From Obrimoposthia wandeli (Eukaryota): a stretch of 64,000 nt of DNA. The stretch lies in assembly GCA_977020255.1 (NCBI GenBank), contig CDROCS010003914.1, forward strand, positions 248,001 to 312,000, in the 5' to 3' direction. Of this stretch, positions 30,575-42,089 are shown piece after piece. The notes under the pieces were generated by a model, which ran no database searches, was not told the DNA's origin, and was given only the letters and a program-made list of their open reading frames with translations. Made by a program: the position numbers and the translations under genes. Each line of letters starts with the position of its first letter. Position 1 is the stretch's first letter.

Positions 30575-32062
30575 CTAAACTTTTTTATAGATAAAATTAC
30601 GCCAGCCTAAACCGAAAATAATTAATAAATAACTGCCAATAAAAGGCCATTGTCCAAGCCTTTGATAAGGAGTAAGTCCTTGCATTGGCAGTACTTCTCC
30701 TTTTAAAACTGCTTGGGTATAGCGTTTAGCTATTTTAACTACTTCTCCTTGTGGGTTTACAATAGCGCTAATACCGTTGTTGGAACTGCGTACTAACCAT
30801 CGCCCGTTTTCGATAGCCCGCATTCGCGCAATTTGAAAATGCTGATCAGGTCCAATTGAATGGCTAAACCAAGTATCATTTGATAACGTTAAAATTAAAT
30901 CAGCGGTTTTACTGTATTGGCGGACCAATTCCGGATAAGCTATTTCGTAGCAAATGGCAGTGCTATAGTGATATCCACCCACCTTCATTAAAGGTTGCGG
31001 GTTAGTTTTTGGGACGCTAAAAGTGAAATCTGGAATGTTTAAAAAATTGAATAAGTCTCTAAACTCATTTTGCCAAGGAATGTATTCACCGAATGGGACT
31101 AGGCGTTGTTTATGATAACTGGTTTGTTCCGTTAAATTCAAAATTGAATTATGGATGCGTCTACCTAAAGGGTGATCAGAGTCTGACACTTTCATAGGGA
31201 CACCGCTAATTAAAGAGCCTCCAGCTTTTATTTGCTGATCAATCAAAGGTGTGAAGTATGGGTCAATATTATCGTACAGGCTTGGGATAGCTGTTTCTGG
31301 CCAAATGATCACACTATCTCCCAGCAAAGGCTGAGTGATTTTATAATACTTATCTAATATTTCGGCTAGATGGCTGCTTTGCCATTTGGTTTCTTGAGCA
31401 ATGTTAGGTTGTACTATGCTGATTTTTATCGGATCACCTGAGGGCGCTGTCCAGCTATTGGGTAAGAAGTAGCTGATCACTAATGCGGTACTTAAGATGA
31501 CAGTGCTAAGAAAGCAGTATTGTTTATTGCGGCTGTGTAAGTATTTAGCAAAAGTGACACTAAAACCGACAATGACTAAAGATAGCAGCCATATGCCCCC
31601 TATAGAAGCCAGCGGTGACAAAGGAGTATCAAGTGCTGCATAGCCTAGGTAAAGCCACGGAAAGCCGGTAAATAGCCAGCTACGGAGCCATTCAAATAAC
31701 AACCATACAATGGTAAAGCTAAGTGCCGTATAGCGCTGGCTAAAAAATTTTTGATAACACCAAATTTGTAAAAAAAATAGTAACGCGAGAGCGGCACAAA
31801 AAGCAAACGTGAGTAAAGCGGCGGGAATTGCGCTGGTATTGCCGTAGGTATGAATACTTACATAAACCCAAGATACGCCGCTACCAAAAAAGCCTAAACC
31901 AAACAACCAGCCTAAGCTCGCCGCTTTTTTAACACTTTGGTTTTGTAATAATAGATAGAGTAACCCCGGTGTGACGAGAGCAAATACCCAAAGATCAAAT
32001 GGCGCAAACGATAAAGTAGTGCTAGCGCCCCCAAGCAGCGCAAGTAATGTCCGTTTTCCCAT
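30575..32062 (-). CDS. lnt: Apolipoprotein N-acyltransferase
   Basis: GFPWLYLGY; IWPETA; KQRLVPFGEY; ICYEI; SNDTWF; SSNNGIS. Confidence 0.96.
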   Translation of the reverse strand: MGKRTLLALLGGASTTLSFAPFDLWVFALVTPGLLYLLLQNQSVKKAASLGWLFGLGFFGSGVSWVYVSIHTYGNTSAIPAALLTFAFCAALALLFFLQIWCYQKFFSQRYTALSFTIVWLLFEWLRSWLFTGFPWLYLGYAALDTPLSPLASIGGIWLLSLVIVGFSVTFAKYLHSRNKQYCFLSTVILSTALVISYFLPNSWTAPSGDPIKISIVQPNIAQETKWQSSHLAEILDKYYKITQPLLGDSVIIWPETAIPSLYDNIDPYFTPLIDQQIKAGGSLISGVPMKVSDSDHPLGRRIHNSILNLTEQTSYHKQRLVPFGEYIPWQNEFRDLFNFLNIPDFTFSVPKTNPQPLMKVGGYHYSTAICYEIAYPELVRQYSKTADLILTLSNDTWFSHSIGPDQHFQIARMRAIENGRWLVRSSNNGISAIVNPQGEVVKIAKRYTQAVLKGEVLPMQGLTPYQRLGQWPFIGSYLLIIFGLGWRNFIYKKV

Positions 32063-32065
32063 CGA

Positions 32066-32902
32066 TTAATTGGCGACTCTTTGTACTTGCAGTAATCTAA
32101 TACGCCGATTTTCAGAGGAGAGTACTTTAAATTTAAAGTTGTCGATGACGATTTCTTCATCTTTTTGCGGTAGATGTCCGAAACGCTGTGTGACTATTCC
32201 GCCAACGGTATCGAACTCGTAATTGTCGAATTTAGTATTGAAGTACTCATCAAAATCTTCTAGTTCAGTTAGCGCTTTGACTAAGAAAGCATTGTCATCA
32301 AAAGGTCTGATGTTGCCGTCATCGTCAATTTGATCGTGTTCATCTTCTATGTCACCAACGATCTGTTCTAAAACATCCTCAATAGTAATTAAGCCAGCTA
32401 TGCCGCCGTATTCATCAACAACAATTGCTAAGTGGCTGCGGGTGGCGCGAAATTCTTTTAATAGAATGTTGAGCCTTTTGCTTTCAGGAATGAAAGCAAC
32501 CTTGCGCACTTTATCTTGCACAGTAAATTCTGCATCATCCTCTAATAACATAGGAAGTAAATCTTTAGCTAAAATCACCCCGATAATTTCATCAGGATTT
32601 TTGCCGACAACTGGAAACCTTGAGTGAGCACTGGAGATTATCGTAGGAAGGAATTCTTTAAGAGTCTGATCTGCTTCTACAATAACCATTTTTGAGCGAG
32701 GAACCATGATGTCTCGCACTTGAAGCTCAGCTACTTGCATGGCTCCTTGGATAATCGCCAACGCTTCTTTATCTAGTAAATTATCCTCAGCAGCTTCTTG
32801 GATAACATCTAATACTTCCTGTTTTGTTTTTGGATCAAACGATAATGCTTGGGCTATACGCCCAAAGATACTTCGTGATTTTTCCGGTCGATCTTCGTTC
32901 AT
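32066..32902 (-). CDS. corC: Mg/Co transport CBS-domain protein CorC
   Basis: VRDIMVPRS; HSRFPV; AIVVDEYGG; EDVLEQIVGDIEDE. Confidence 0.93.
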   Translation of the reverse strand: MNEDRPEKSRSIFGRIAQALSFDPKTKQEVLDVIQEAAEDNLLDKEALAIIQGAMQVAELQVRDIMVPRSKMVIVEADQTLKEFLPTIISSAHSRFPVVGKNPDEIIGVILAKDLLPMLLEDDAEFTVQDKVRKVAFIPESKRLNILLKEFRATRSHLAIVVDEYGGIAGLITIEDVLEQIVGDIEDEHDQIDDDGNIRPFDDNAFLVKALTELEDFDEYFNTKFDNYEFDTVGGIVTQRFGHLPQKDEEIVIDNFKFKVLSSENRRIRLLQVQRVAN

Positions 32903-32935
32903 TGGTTCTTGAGCTCCAAGCTTAAGACTGTGTAA

Positions 32936-33397
32936 TTAATTTTCTATATAAGGGTCTGAAATGGCAAGTTTTGTAAGTATATCTCGCTCTAATTGTTCCA
33001 TTTCTAAGGCTTCTTCTTCCTTTATATGGTCGAACCCTAAAAGATGCAAGGTTCCATGAATAATCATATGTGCCCAATGATCTAATAATTGCTTATTTTG
33101 TGCCAATGCTTCTTGTGAAACAACTGCAGCACAAACCACTAAATCACCTAAAATCTCTGTTTCGGCTTCGACGCATTCTGGCATTTCAAACGGAAAAGAA
33201 AGCACATTAGTCGGTTTGTGTTTGCCTCGATAATCGCCGTTCAACGTTTGGCTTTCAGTTTCGTCCACAATGCGTATACACATTGAAAAGTGCTGAGTGT
33301 ATTGGGTGAGGGTAATGTCTACCCAAGTTTGTATCTGCGCTTGGGTAGGGAGGCTGTCGCTATCAATTGCGTATTGTACTTCTAAATCAGTTGTCAT
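32936..33397 (-). CDS. ybeY: rRNA maturation endoribonuclease YbeY
   Basis: YRGKHKPTNVLSFP; HMIIHGTLHLLGFDH. Confidence 0.96.
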   Translation of the reverse strand: MTTDLEVQYAIDSDSLPTQAQIQTWVDITLTQYTQHFSMCIRIVDETESQTLNGDYRGKHKPTNVLSFPFEMPECVEAETEILGDLVVCAAVVSQEALAQNKQLLDHWAHMIIHGTLHLLGFDHIKEEEALEMEQLERDILTKLAISDPYIEN

Positions 33398-34401
33398 CTA
33401 TTTACGGCTAATTTGTGAGGTGGGTTAGAAGTTTTTAAATCGTAACGATCATAAGCTTCAACAATATGCTGTACTAAATGATGTCTAACAACATCCTTAG
33501 AGGAGAAATAGTTAAAGCCAATTCCTTCAACGCCATCTAGTACTTCTGCTGCATGGCGTAATCCTGAAGGCGTGCCTTTGGGTAAATCAACTTGCGTGAT
33601 GTCACCAGTAATAACGGCTGTTGTACCAAAACCAATACGTGTTAGAAACATCTTCATTTGTTCTCGCGTCGTGTTTTGGCTTTCATCAAGAATGACAAAA
33701 GAGTTATTCAAAGTTCGCCCACGCATATAAGCCAGTGGCGCTATTTCAATTACTTGCTTTTCAATTAGCTTTGTAACTCGCTCGGATCCGAGCATTTCAA
33801 ATAAAGCATCGTAAAGTGGGCGAAGATATGGGTCAACTTTTTGTGCTAAGTCTCCAGGTAAAAAGCCAAGTTTCTCACCCGCTTCAACCGCTGGACGAAC
33901 TAGTAAAATACGCTCAATTTCGTCACGTTCTAGTGCTTCTACTGCACAGGCAACTGCTAGATAAGTTTTTCCTGTGCCGGCAGGACCTATGCCAAAGTTT
34001 ATATCGTGAGTTAAAATGCAACGCGCGTATTTTTGCTGATTAGGGCCACGGGGTTTAACTAGTACTTTGCGCGTTCGGATAACAATACCAGCATCCGCTG
34101 AACCTTCAGTAGTGCTGTTATCTTGCTCTATGCCTGATTGTTGTAAGCATAAGTGAACTTGCTCTAAATCGAGTTGTTTTCCTTCACAAGCTTGGCTATA
34201 AAGCTGCTTTAATAAATCGACAACTTTAGCGGCTAAAGTAGGGTCGCCTGTTACTTGAAAGTCTATGGCACGGTTATTAATGATAACGTTAAGGCGTTTT
34301 TCAATAAGTTTAAGATGTTCGTTGTACTGACCACAAAGACTAGCAAGCGCTGCTGTATCACTGTGGGACAAAGTGAAACTTAGTGATTCACTACTATTCA
34401 A
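33394..34401 (-). CDS. ybeZ: PhoH-family protein (YbeZ)
   Basis: GPAGTGKTYLA; RPAVEAGE.LGFLPGD; YMRGRTL. Confidence 0.95.
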   Translation of the reverse strand: MNSSESLSFTLSHSDTAALASLCGQYNEHLKLIEKRLNVIINNRAIDFQVTGDPTLAAKVVDLLKQLYSQACEGKQLDLEQVHLCLQQSGIEQDNSTTEGSADAGIVIRTRKVLVKPRGPNQQKYARCILTHDINFGIGPAGTGKTYLAVACAVEALERDEIERILLVRPAVEAGEKLGFLPGDLAQKVDPYLRPLYDALFEMLGSERVTKLIEKQVIEIAPLAYMRGRTLNNSFVILDESQNTTREQMKMFLTRIGFGTTAVITGDITQVDLPKGTPSGLRHAAEVLDGVEGIGFNYFSSKDVVRHHLVQHIVEAYDRYDLKTSNPPHKLAVNR

Positions 34402-34605
34402 TAGGTATCTCCTTTATCCAATTGTTTAGCTAAATTATAGCATAGACGAATTGTTGATTATGACTGACCATTACTAAAACATTAGTACTATAGTGTATCT
34501 GAAATTAGTCAAATTAATACTCAGCTTACTTTAAGTTGATATTTTGTATTGGAATACTAAGCTTACAATTCAAAGTAAATATGAGCATTAAAAGATTTCA
34601 ATTAT

Positions 34606-35973
34606 TTATGCGCCAACCGCCATGGGTTGAAAGCCATCTAATTCAGAGCTAAGTAGCTTGCCGATTAATGAATTGGTATAAGCTTGTATTACTTCTATGT
34701 CTGCAAATTTACCAATTAGGCTTGGGTCGTCACAGCGAAAGTTAACGACTCTGTTATTCTCAGTTCGACCCGAAAGCATGCCGGGATCTTTTTTAGAGTA
34801 GCTATTTACCAAAATACGCTGTGTAGAACCAACCATTTGTCGGCTAATAAGCTGCGCATTTTGAGTGATCCGGTCTTGTAATATAGCTAATCGTTCTTTT
34901 TTAGTTTCATCAGTGACAGAATCAGGGATGTCAGAGGCAGGTGTACCTGGTCTGCGGCTATAGATAAAGCTGTATGAAATATCAAATCCGATTTGATCGA
35001 TGAGCTTCATTGTTTGCTCAAAATCAAATTCAGTTTCACCAGGGAAGCCTATAATAAAATCAGATGAGAAACAGATATCTGGACGAATTTTTTTAATGCG
35101 ACGCATCTTAGATTTATACTCAAGTACAGTATGGCCACGTTTCATTGCCATTAGAATGCTATCTGAGCCTGACTGCACAGGTAAGTGGAGGTGACTCACC
35201 AACTCTGGTACTTGTGCATATACTTCAATTAACGAATCTGTAAATTCAACAGGGTGAGAAGTGGTGAAACGAATACGATCAATACCATCGATAGCGGCTA
35301 CTGTGCGTATTAGCTCAGCTAAATCTGCCATTTCACCATCTTCTAATGCACCTTGGTAGGCGTTTACATTTTGGCCTAACAAGTTAACTTCGCGTACACC
35401 TTGCTCGGCTAGCTCAATGCACTCTGCCATTACGCTATCGAGCGGGCGGCTAACTTCTTCACCACGAGTATAAGGAACAACGCAAAAAGTGCAGTATTTA
35501 CTACAACCCTCCATCACAGAAACAAATGCTTCAGCACCCGTTGCAATAGGCGTAGGTAATACATCGAATTTCTCGATCTCAGGGAAGCTGACATCGACAA
35601 CACCTATTTTGCCTTGGTCAGTTAAATCAATCATTTCAGGCAAGCGGTGCAGCGTTTGCGGGCCAAAAACCATATCGACAAAAGGAGCACGCTGAAGTAC
35701 CTTGTCGCCTTCTTGGCTGGCAACGCAACCGCCGACTCCAATTTTTAAATTAGGATTTTTCTCTTTAAGCTTACGCCATCTTCCTAGCTGATGAAAAACT
35801 TTTTCTTGTGCTCTTTCTCTAATAGAACAAGTGTTTAGCAACAATACATCGGCGTCTTCAGGTCGATCAGTTAATTCTAATTCGTGGCTTTCACCTAGTA
35901 AATCGGCCATTCGTGAAGAATCATATTCATTCATTTGACAACCGTGAGTTTTGATAAATAACTTTTTCGCCAT
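34606..35973 (-). CDS. miaB: tRNA ms2i6A37 methylthiotransferase
   Basis: [11 protein letters not shown]; [12 protein letters not shown] radical-SAM motif; TRAM domain. Confidence 0.98.
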   Translation of the reverse strand: MAKKLFIKTHGCQMNEYDSSRMADLLGESHELELTDRPEDADVLLLNTCSIRERAQEKVFHQLGRWRKLKEKNPNLKIGVGGCVASQEGDKVLQRAPFVDMVFGPQTLHRLPEMIDLTDQGKIGVVDVSFPEIEKFDVLPTPIATGAEAFVSVMEGCSKYCTFCVVPYTRGEEVSRPLDSVMAECIELAEQGVREVNLLGQNVNAYQGALEDGEMADLAELIRTVAAIDGIDRIRFTTSHPVEFTDSLIEVYAQVPELVSHLHLPVQSGSDSILMAMKRGHTVLEYKSKMRRIKKIRPDICFSSDFIIGFPGETEFDFEQTMKLIDQIGFDISYSFIYSRRPGTPASDIPDSVTDETKKERLAILQDRITQNAQLISRQMVGSTQRILVNSYSKKDPGMLSGRTENNRVVNFRCDDPSLIGKFADIEVIQAYTNSLIGKLLSSELDGFQPMAVGA

Positions 35974-36340
35974 CGTGCACCTTGCTCTATCTTGTTGCTA
36001 TTAGCAGTGTGCTAATAAACTGTATTAAATATATTTTAATCGCCCTAAATCTATAGCGCCTACTTAATTTTGCAGGCATAAAAAGAGTGATGTCTGAATT
36101 TATTAATTGCTGGGTGTTAAATAGTGCAAATATGGTAATACCAAACGTTTGCTAAAATTGTTTTTAACACGCTATTTTTTGAATGTTGCAATTGAATCGC
36201 TAATAGCTCAGATTATACTTTGCTTGATGATTTATAGCTATTTTGCTGGCTAAAATATATTGCATTAGTCACGGCTATACTTGTAATAAATAGTGCTAGC
36301 CCCAATTGAGAGAATATCTATTAACTGTTGAGAGTGTGTT

Positions 36341-36664
36341 ATGGCAAAAGATGATGCTATCTACCGTGTTACTTTTATCAATCAAGATAAAGTCGTAGAA
36401 GTTTTTGTGAGTCATGTTTACCAAAGTGACATTTGGGGATTTATTCAGCTGGAAGGGTTTATCTTTGGGCAGCGTTCAGAGTTATTGGTCGATCCAGGCG
36501 AAGAAAAGGTTAAGCAGTTATTTAATGAGGTGATCAGTTCTTTTATTCCCACCCAGTCTATTTTGCGTATTGACGAAGTCGAAAGGTCTGGTGTGGCAAA
36601 ACTAACTGAGGTAAAAGGTAATTTAGCGCATTTCCCTATGGCACCACCCCCTAGAAAGAATTAG
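36341..36664 (+). CDS. DUF1820-family protein
   Basis: IYRVTFINQDKVVE; VDPGEEK; IP.QSILRIDEV. Confidence 0.75.
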   Translation: MAKDDAIYRVTFINQDKVVEVFVSHVYQSDIWGFIQLEGFIFGQRSELLVDPGEEKVKQLFNEVISSFIPTQSILRIDEVERSGVAKLTEVKGNLAHFPMAPPPRKN

Positions 36665-36671
36665 ATAATCA

Positions 36672-36824
36672 CATTAGTGTCCGGTTAAATTTTTATTATT
36701 CTCTAACTCATTGATTTTACGTTAGCCACAAGTGTTATTTGGCTAAAAATAATCCAATTAACTATGCTAGGAAACCACAAATCAATAAATTAGAGAATTT
36801 ATGTTTTTTAACCGGACAGCAATG
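36672..36824. mobile_element. MITE family B, copy 2 (reverse orientation), perfect 9-bp TSD AGATAATCA
   Basis: cattagtgtccggttaaa ... ttaaccggacagcaatg; agataatca at 36663-36671 and 36825-36833. Confidence 0.9.
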
Positions 36825-36977
36825 AGATAATCAATAACACAAGGTTTAGTTACGCTAAACCTTGTGTTATTGATAAACGGTTATGTGACACAGTACTTAT
36901 CGACAAGATCTTCGATGCGTCGTCTTGGAGCTTTGTTACCAAGTTGCTTTATCTATCAGAGCAAAGTTTTAAAATAA

Positions 36978-37439
36978 TTAAATACAAGTCTGACTAGCTT
37001 GGTTATTAAGTAAACGGCTACCGCTGGCTGTTTCAATACTACCGTCCATGAAGATCAGCTCTACTTCATCTAAATTGATGCATTGTATGTCTTTATTAGC
37101 CCAAGTATTTGTCCAGATCGTACTTTTAGTTTGCCCAGGTGTGATTGGGCCGGCAAGACGAACATAAGCACTATCACGAACACCTTTCTTAGGTTTAACA
37201 CTGTTACCGACACTGTTATAAGCCGTTAGTTTAAATCTAGCGTAGTTGTAATCGGCTTGGGCGATATTCTCAAAATTTATTCTCACCCCAATTGAACGTT
37301 TTGAAGACGATAATACAGGAACTGCATCCGCAATGATTAGCGGTGGGTTGGCAACGACCACAACTTTTTCTTGTTTTTGCGCACAGCCTACTATCGTGAA
37401 AGCTATTAGTGACAGTAGAACGGATTTACAAATATTCAT
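36978..37439 (-). CDS. Hypothetical lipoprotein
   Basis: Signal peptide with lipobox IVGC; 153 aa. Confidence 0.65.
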   Translation of the reverse strand: MNICKSVLLSLIAFTIVGCAQKQEKVVVVANPPLIIADAVPVLSSSKRSIGVRINFENIAQADYNYARFKLTAYNSVGNSVKPKKGVRDSAYVRLAGPITPGQTKSTIWTNTWANKDIQCINLDEVELIFMDGSIETASGSRLLNNQASQTCI

Positions 37440-37667
37440 GTTTCTTCCTTGTATTAAAAACTGCGGTTATTTCCCTATTATATTGCCATAGATGAAGCCA
37501 TGAACAGAAGAGATTTTTCTAATTATTGATAATATATTTAACAACGCTATCCTTTTAATACATTACTGGGCCACCGCACTTAAATGTACCTGTTAGAGTT
37601 AGGTTAGATGATCGTGAAACACAGCGCAGCGGGGTAACTTCAGCTTATAGCTGCTATTTAATAGCAT

Positions 37668-38699
37668 TTAACTTCCCAGTGGCAATAGCGTTTTATTAGG
37701 TTTGCCTGCGATTTCTCGCGCTAGTTTTGGTACTAAATAACCGGGCAGTTCTCTTTGCAACTCGGTGACAAGTTGTTGAGCCTGTATATCGCTTATATCA
37801 AAGTGTGCTGCACCTTGGACGGGGTCTAATACAAACAAATAGTATGGAAGCGCACCCGCTTTAAAAGAAGCAGTGTGCAATGCTTTTTGCAGTGTAACGC
37901 TATCGTTAATCCCTTTAAGTAATACCGCTTGGTTTAACACAGTAACATCTGCATCTTTCAGTTTGGTTAGAGCTTGTTTCACAGTGTCATCAAATTCATT
38001 GGCATGATTAGCATGAATAACTAGCACTGTTTGTAAGTTTGTATTACGTAAAATATCACAAAGATCAGAAGTAATTCGCTGAGGAATAACAACCGGTAAT
38101 CTGCTATGGATACGCAAGCGTTGTAGCTGCTTGAGAGCAGATAAATCACTAATATAATTGCTGAGCCTTTTGTCTGACACTGCTAAGGGATCGCCGCCTG
38201 AAAAAATAACCTCTTCAATACTTGCATCTGCATGAATATATTCAAGGATTTGTTGCCATTGAGTAGAACCCACTTTGTTTTTTGTATAGGGGAAATGGCG
38301 TCGAAAGCAGTACCGGCAATTAATAGCGCAAGCGCCGCTTAAAGTGATCAGCACTCTGTTTTTATATTTGTGAATTAAGCCTGTTATTTGATTTGCTGCT
38401 GCTTCTTGTAAAGGGTCAGTACTGAACCCTGCAATATGTTCTAATTCACGTGGGTCAGGTAATACTTGTTGTAATAAAGGATCGTGAATATTGCCTTTTT
38501 GCATGCGCTGCGCATAAGGCAACGGAACCTTTAAGGCAAATTGCTGATTGGCAAGTTCAGAAAATGCGAGCTGTTTGGGCTCTATTTGTAAGTATACGCA
38601 TAAGCTTTTAAAGTCGTTTATACAGTGGCTTAGTTGGTGTTGCCAATCTACTGATGAGTTAAGTTGAACAGATGCTATTTTGTTTTCGCTAGTTATCAC
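37668..38699 (-). CDS. epmB: EF-P beta-lysylation lysine 2,3-aminomutase
   Basis: GACAINCRYCFRRHFPY; FSGGDPL; divergent from efp. Confidence 0.95.
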   Translation of the reverse strand: MITSENKIASVQLNSSVDWQHQLSHCINDFKSLCVYLQIEPKQLAFSELANQQFALKVPLPYAQRMQKGNIHDPLLQQVLPDPRELEHIAGFSTDPLQEAAANQITGLIHKYKNRVLITLSGACAINCRYCFRRHFPYTKNKVGSTQWQQILEYIHADASIEEVIFSGGDPLAVSDKRLSNYISDLSALKQLQRLRIHSRLPVVIPQRITSDLCDILRNTNLQTVLVIHANHANEFDDTVKQALTKLKDADVTVLNQAVLLKGINDSVTLQKALHTASFKAGALPYYLFVLDPVQGAAHFDISDIQAQQLVTELQRELPGYLVPKLAREIAGKPNKTLLPLGS

Positions 38700-38908
38700 T
38701 AATAAGTCTTCAATTAAGTATGGGTGTTTGTTTTTGCAGGGCTATCGAAAAACAGTAAAGCAACAAAGTGATATGCAGCAGAGCACAATGTTTATGCTTG
38801 CATTGTGCTTTCAACTGGAATAACTGTCAAATAACCACAAATATATTTTTCTTTGTAGTAGAATGCTGGGCATATATTTCCCAATTATTTTTGAAGTAGA
38901 GAAAATCA

Positions 38909-39475
38909 ATGTCATATTCAGCGAATCAGCTTAAAAACGGTTTAAAAGTAATGATCGACGGTGATCCTTGTTCTATGCAGCAAGTTGAATTTGTCAAGCC
39001 AGGAAAAGGACAAGCCTTTACTCGTGTAAAAATGCGCAACTTGTTAACTGCGCGTGTTTGGGAGCGTACTTTTAAATCCAACGAATCTTTGGAAGCTGCT
39101 GATGTAGTTGAAATGGATATGGAATATTTGTACAGTGATGGAGAAATGTTTCACTTTATGGTACCTGTTACTTTTGAGCAGTATGCTGTTGAATCCAGTG
39201 CTGTTGGTGAAAGTGCCAAATGGTTGAAAGATAATACTACTTGTATTATTACACTATGGAATGACCGAGCAATTGTGGTTACTCCTCCTAATTTTGTTGA
39301 GCTAGATGTTACTGAAACAGACCCTGGTTTAAAGGGTGATACAGCGCAAGGTGGATCTAAGCCGGCGACTTTAAGTACGGGTGCTGTTGTACGTGTACCA
39401 TTATTTATTGAACAGGGTGAAATGCTTAAAATTGACACTCGCACCGGTGAATATGTCAGCCGTGCAGCTAAATAA
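38909..39475 (+). CDS. efp: Elongation factor P
   Basis: [10 protein letters not shown]; [10 protein letters not shown]; [10 protein letters not shown]. Confidence 0.98.
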   Translation: MSYSANQLKNGLKVMIDGDPCSMQQVEFVKPGKGQAFTRVKMRNLLTARVWERTFKSNESLEAADVVEMDMEYLYSDGEMFHFMVPVTFEQYAVESSAVGESAKWLKDNTTCIITLWNDRAIVVTPPNFVELDVTETDPGLKGDTAQGGSKPATLSTGAVVRVPLFIEQGEMLKIDTRTGEYVSRAAK

Positions 39476-39559
39476 TTAGTTCGTTATTAAGGCAGTCTAA
39501 ACATCGGTTTATCAGTAAAAAACTAAGTAGATTTTTGATGATTTAGCCCTATATGCTTT

Positions 39560-39587
39560 AAAAAAGGCCCGTTAAGGCCTTTTTTTT
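39560..39587 (+). terminator. Terminator after efp
   Basis: aaaaaaggcc-cgttaa-ggcctttttttt. Confidence 0.75.
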
Positions 39588-39611
39588 AATCTACTCAAAA
39601 GTAAATTTGTT

Positions 39612-40577
39612 GTGAATACAGAACTTTGGCAGCCCAGTGCGACAATTGAAACCCTTAAGCAGCGCGCTGCAATACTGGCCAATATCAGAGCTTTTTTTAG
39701 CGAGCGCTCTGTATTGGAAGTAGACACACCAGTGCTCTCATCTGCTGCAGTGTGCGATCCTTTTATCGATGCGATGACCGTTGAGTATCGACATTTCCCC
39801 AGTGATGATGCCCAGCATTATTATTTACAAAGCTCTCCTGAATATGCCATGAAGCGCTTGTTAGCTGCAGGCAGTGGTTGTATTTATCAAATGTCTAAGG
39901 TGTTTCGTAACGGCGAAGTTGGGCGCAAGCACAATCCTGAATTTACAATGTTGGAATGGTATCGATTAGGTTTTGATGAGCATCAGTTAATGGACGAAGT
40001 GGCAGCGGTAGTGACTGTTGCAACCGGTATTTGCGATTTTAAAAAAATTAGTTATCAACAACTGTTTTTGCAATATTTAGCTGTGGATATCGATAGTGCT
40101 AATGACCAAGTACTAGCAGACAAAATGGCCGAGTATATTGAAGTGAGTGGTGATTTTGATCGCGATGGTTGGTTAAACTTATTGATGTCTCATTGTATTG
40201 AGCCGCAATTGACAGGTGCTGTATTTGTTTATAATTATCCTGCAAGTCAAGCGGCGCTGGCTAAAGTGAAGTTGGATGCAGATGGTAATGCAGTAGCAGC
40301 AAGATTTGAGTTGTTTATCGAGGGTGTTGAATTGGCTAATGGCTATCATGAGTTAACAGATGCTGTTGAACAGAAACAACGTTTTAATTTTGATCAACAG
40401 CAGCGAGCGAGTTTGTCACTGCCGCAACGGCCTTTAGATAGTCATCTAGTTGCAGCGCTTAAACAGGGTATGCCCGATTGTGCTGGAGTAGCGTTGGGTA
40501 TTGATCGGTTAGTTATGTTGGCGCTAAAAAAACAAAATATCAGTGAAATTTTACCTTTTGATTTTATTAGAGCTTAA
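39612..40577 (+). CDS. epmA: EF-P lysine(34) ligase
   Basis: LQSSPEYAMKRLLAAG; FRNGEVGRKHNPEFTMLEWY; ELANGYHEL; GVALGIDRL. Confidence 0.96.
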   Translation: MNTELWQPSATIETLKQRAAILANIRAFFSERSVLEVDTPVLSSAAVCDPFIDAMTVEYRHFPSDDAQHYYLQSSPEYAMKRLLAAGSGCIYQMSKVFRNGEVGRKHNPEFTMLEWYRLGFDEHQLMDEVAAVVTVATGICDFKKISYQQLFLQYLAVDIDSANDQVLADKMAEYIEVSGDFDRDGWLNLLMSHCIEPQLTGAVFVYNYPASQAALAKVKLDADGNAVAARFELFIEGVELANGYHELTDAVEQKQRFNFDQQQRASLSLPQRPLDSHLVAALKQGMPDCAGVALGIDRLVMLALKKQNISEILPFDFIRA

Positions 40578-40715
40578 GTGCGCCTTTTAAGCCTTCGTAA
40601 AGTGATTCTCTAAAAGTTAACTAACGCTTTATATACATGTTCAAATAGAGTGAGATAATTTAAAGCTAGATTTAGCAACCGTCTTTGTAAATTGATCTAG
40701 CTTTGTTGTAGAGGC

Positions 40716-41162
40716 TTACTGGTTGTTTATGACCCAAGCTTGTTGTAATTGGCTTTCGTTAAGCTCTAAAATTGTCGCGTATACATCATCTTGAATAGGG
40801 TATGATTTTACAACTTTTGCACCACGTACAATGCCTGCTACTGCCGTTTTAAAGTCATCGTTAACTAATACCATTTGCTGTACTGTACTGCTGCTCGTAA
40901 CGTACTGGCCATGTACCATAGCAGCGAGCTCTTGATAAGCACGTAGCTTTGAAGCGCGAATTGCATTAATTACTTTTTCACCGCGTGTGCGACCTGGTTG
41001 CTTACTTATAGGGGCATAACCTGTCGCGCGATAGTTTTGTGTACTTGATTGCGGCACCTTTGAGCCACCAAGACTGCTCATATTCTTAGAAATGGTTTCA
41101 CAACCCACTAGTGTTAAGGTCATTATTAACAAACTGCTTTTAACTAATACTTTAACTGTCAT
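40716..41162 (-). CDS. flgP: FlgP-like (LPP20-family) lipoprotein
   Basis: Lipobox LVGC; ATGYAPIS.Q; AIRASKLRAY.ELA..VHG; downstream of a flgO-like gene. Confidence 0.75.
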   Translation of the reverse strand: MTVKVLVKSSLLIMTLTLVGCETISKNMSSLGGSKVPQSSTQNYRATGYAPISKQPGRTRGEKVINAIRASKLRAYQELAAMVHGQYVTSSSTVQQMVLVNDDFKTAVAGIVRGAKVVKSYPIQDDVYATILELNESQLQQAWVINNQ

Positions 41163-41172
41163 TGCATCTATC

Positions 41173-41913
41173 CTACTGTGGTCCAATACCATTTTCGATT
41201 ATAAACCCTTTATTTAGAGCATCAACAGGGTCATATCCCGGTAATATACTCTCTAAACGCTTGTAGGCTATGTGTGATTGTCCTGTGGCAACTACTTGGC
41301 GAGTAATAACATCTAAAATACGTGCATTTAGCACAACTCCATCGCCATGTTTAGCATAAGTGCCTGTTAAAATATAATAAATTTTATATTGCTGCTGTAG
41401 AGTGGGTAAGGTGCCTTTAGTTACTCGTGCTTTATCGGTTGTTACTAAGCTTACCGCGCGATAATCAACCATATTATAACCGCGTTGTGTCATTGGAAAA
41501 ATAAAGCTTTCTGAAATTCTAGCGCCAAATAAATCGTCATGTACACTGTGACGTAAAGATTTGAAAGGTAACACAGCAACGGGTAAACGCTTGACTCTAT
41601 TTTGCTTTAAGCCCAGCATCATTTGATCAGCCATTTGTGCAACGGCTTCGCTGACAGGATCGAGATAATTTGGCTCAATAGGAGTGATTGCGGTAGGGGC
41701 TGGTTTTGCGAATTCAGATAAACTATCTATCTCAATTGCTTTTTCTACAATAGCTCGCGCCTCTTGAGCAGACATTTGATTAGAGAAAGGAGATTTTATA
41801 TCTCCAGTCTTACAGCCGCTTAGAATCACGGTTAATAACAGCAAGGCTGTTTTTGTAGATCTGTGCTTTAGCAATCTTTGTTCCTCTCGCCCTTGTTTCA
41901 TAAACCCTTGCAT
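41173..41913 (-). CDS. flgO: FlgO-family outer membrane lipoprotein
   Basis: Lipobox LSGC; QMADQM; ISESF.F.MTQRGYN.VDY; ILTGTY...DGVVLNARI. Confidence 0.75.
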   Translation of the reverse strand: MQGFMKQGREEQRLLKHRSTKTALLLLTVILSGCKTGDIKSPFSNQMSAQEARAIVEKAIEIDSLSEFAKPAPTAITPIEPNYLDPVSEAVAQMADQMMLGLKQNRVKRLPVAVLPFKSLRHSVHDDLFGARISESFIFPMTQRGYNMVDYRAVSLVTTDKARVTKGTLPTLQQQYKIYYILTGTYAKHGDGVVLNARILDVITRQVVATGQSHIAYKRLESILPGYDPVDALNKGFIIENGIGPQ

Positions 41914-42089
41914 ATTATTTCTCTTACACTTAATTGAAATACTACACTAAGACTGATCGCGACTCTATTCGCTATATCCCCTAAATGTATTATAGTGTCA
42001 AAATCAAAAGGTAAATTAGCGTAATATAGACTAAATCCAGTTTATTTATATCCTAATCAACGCTTTATTATATCGGTAAATTACTAATT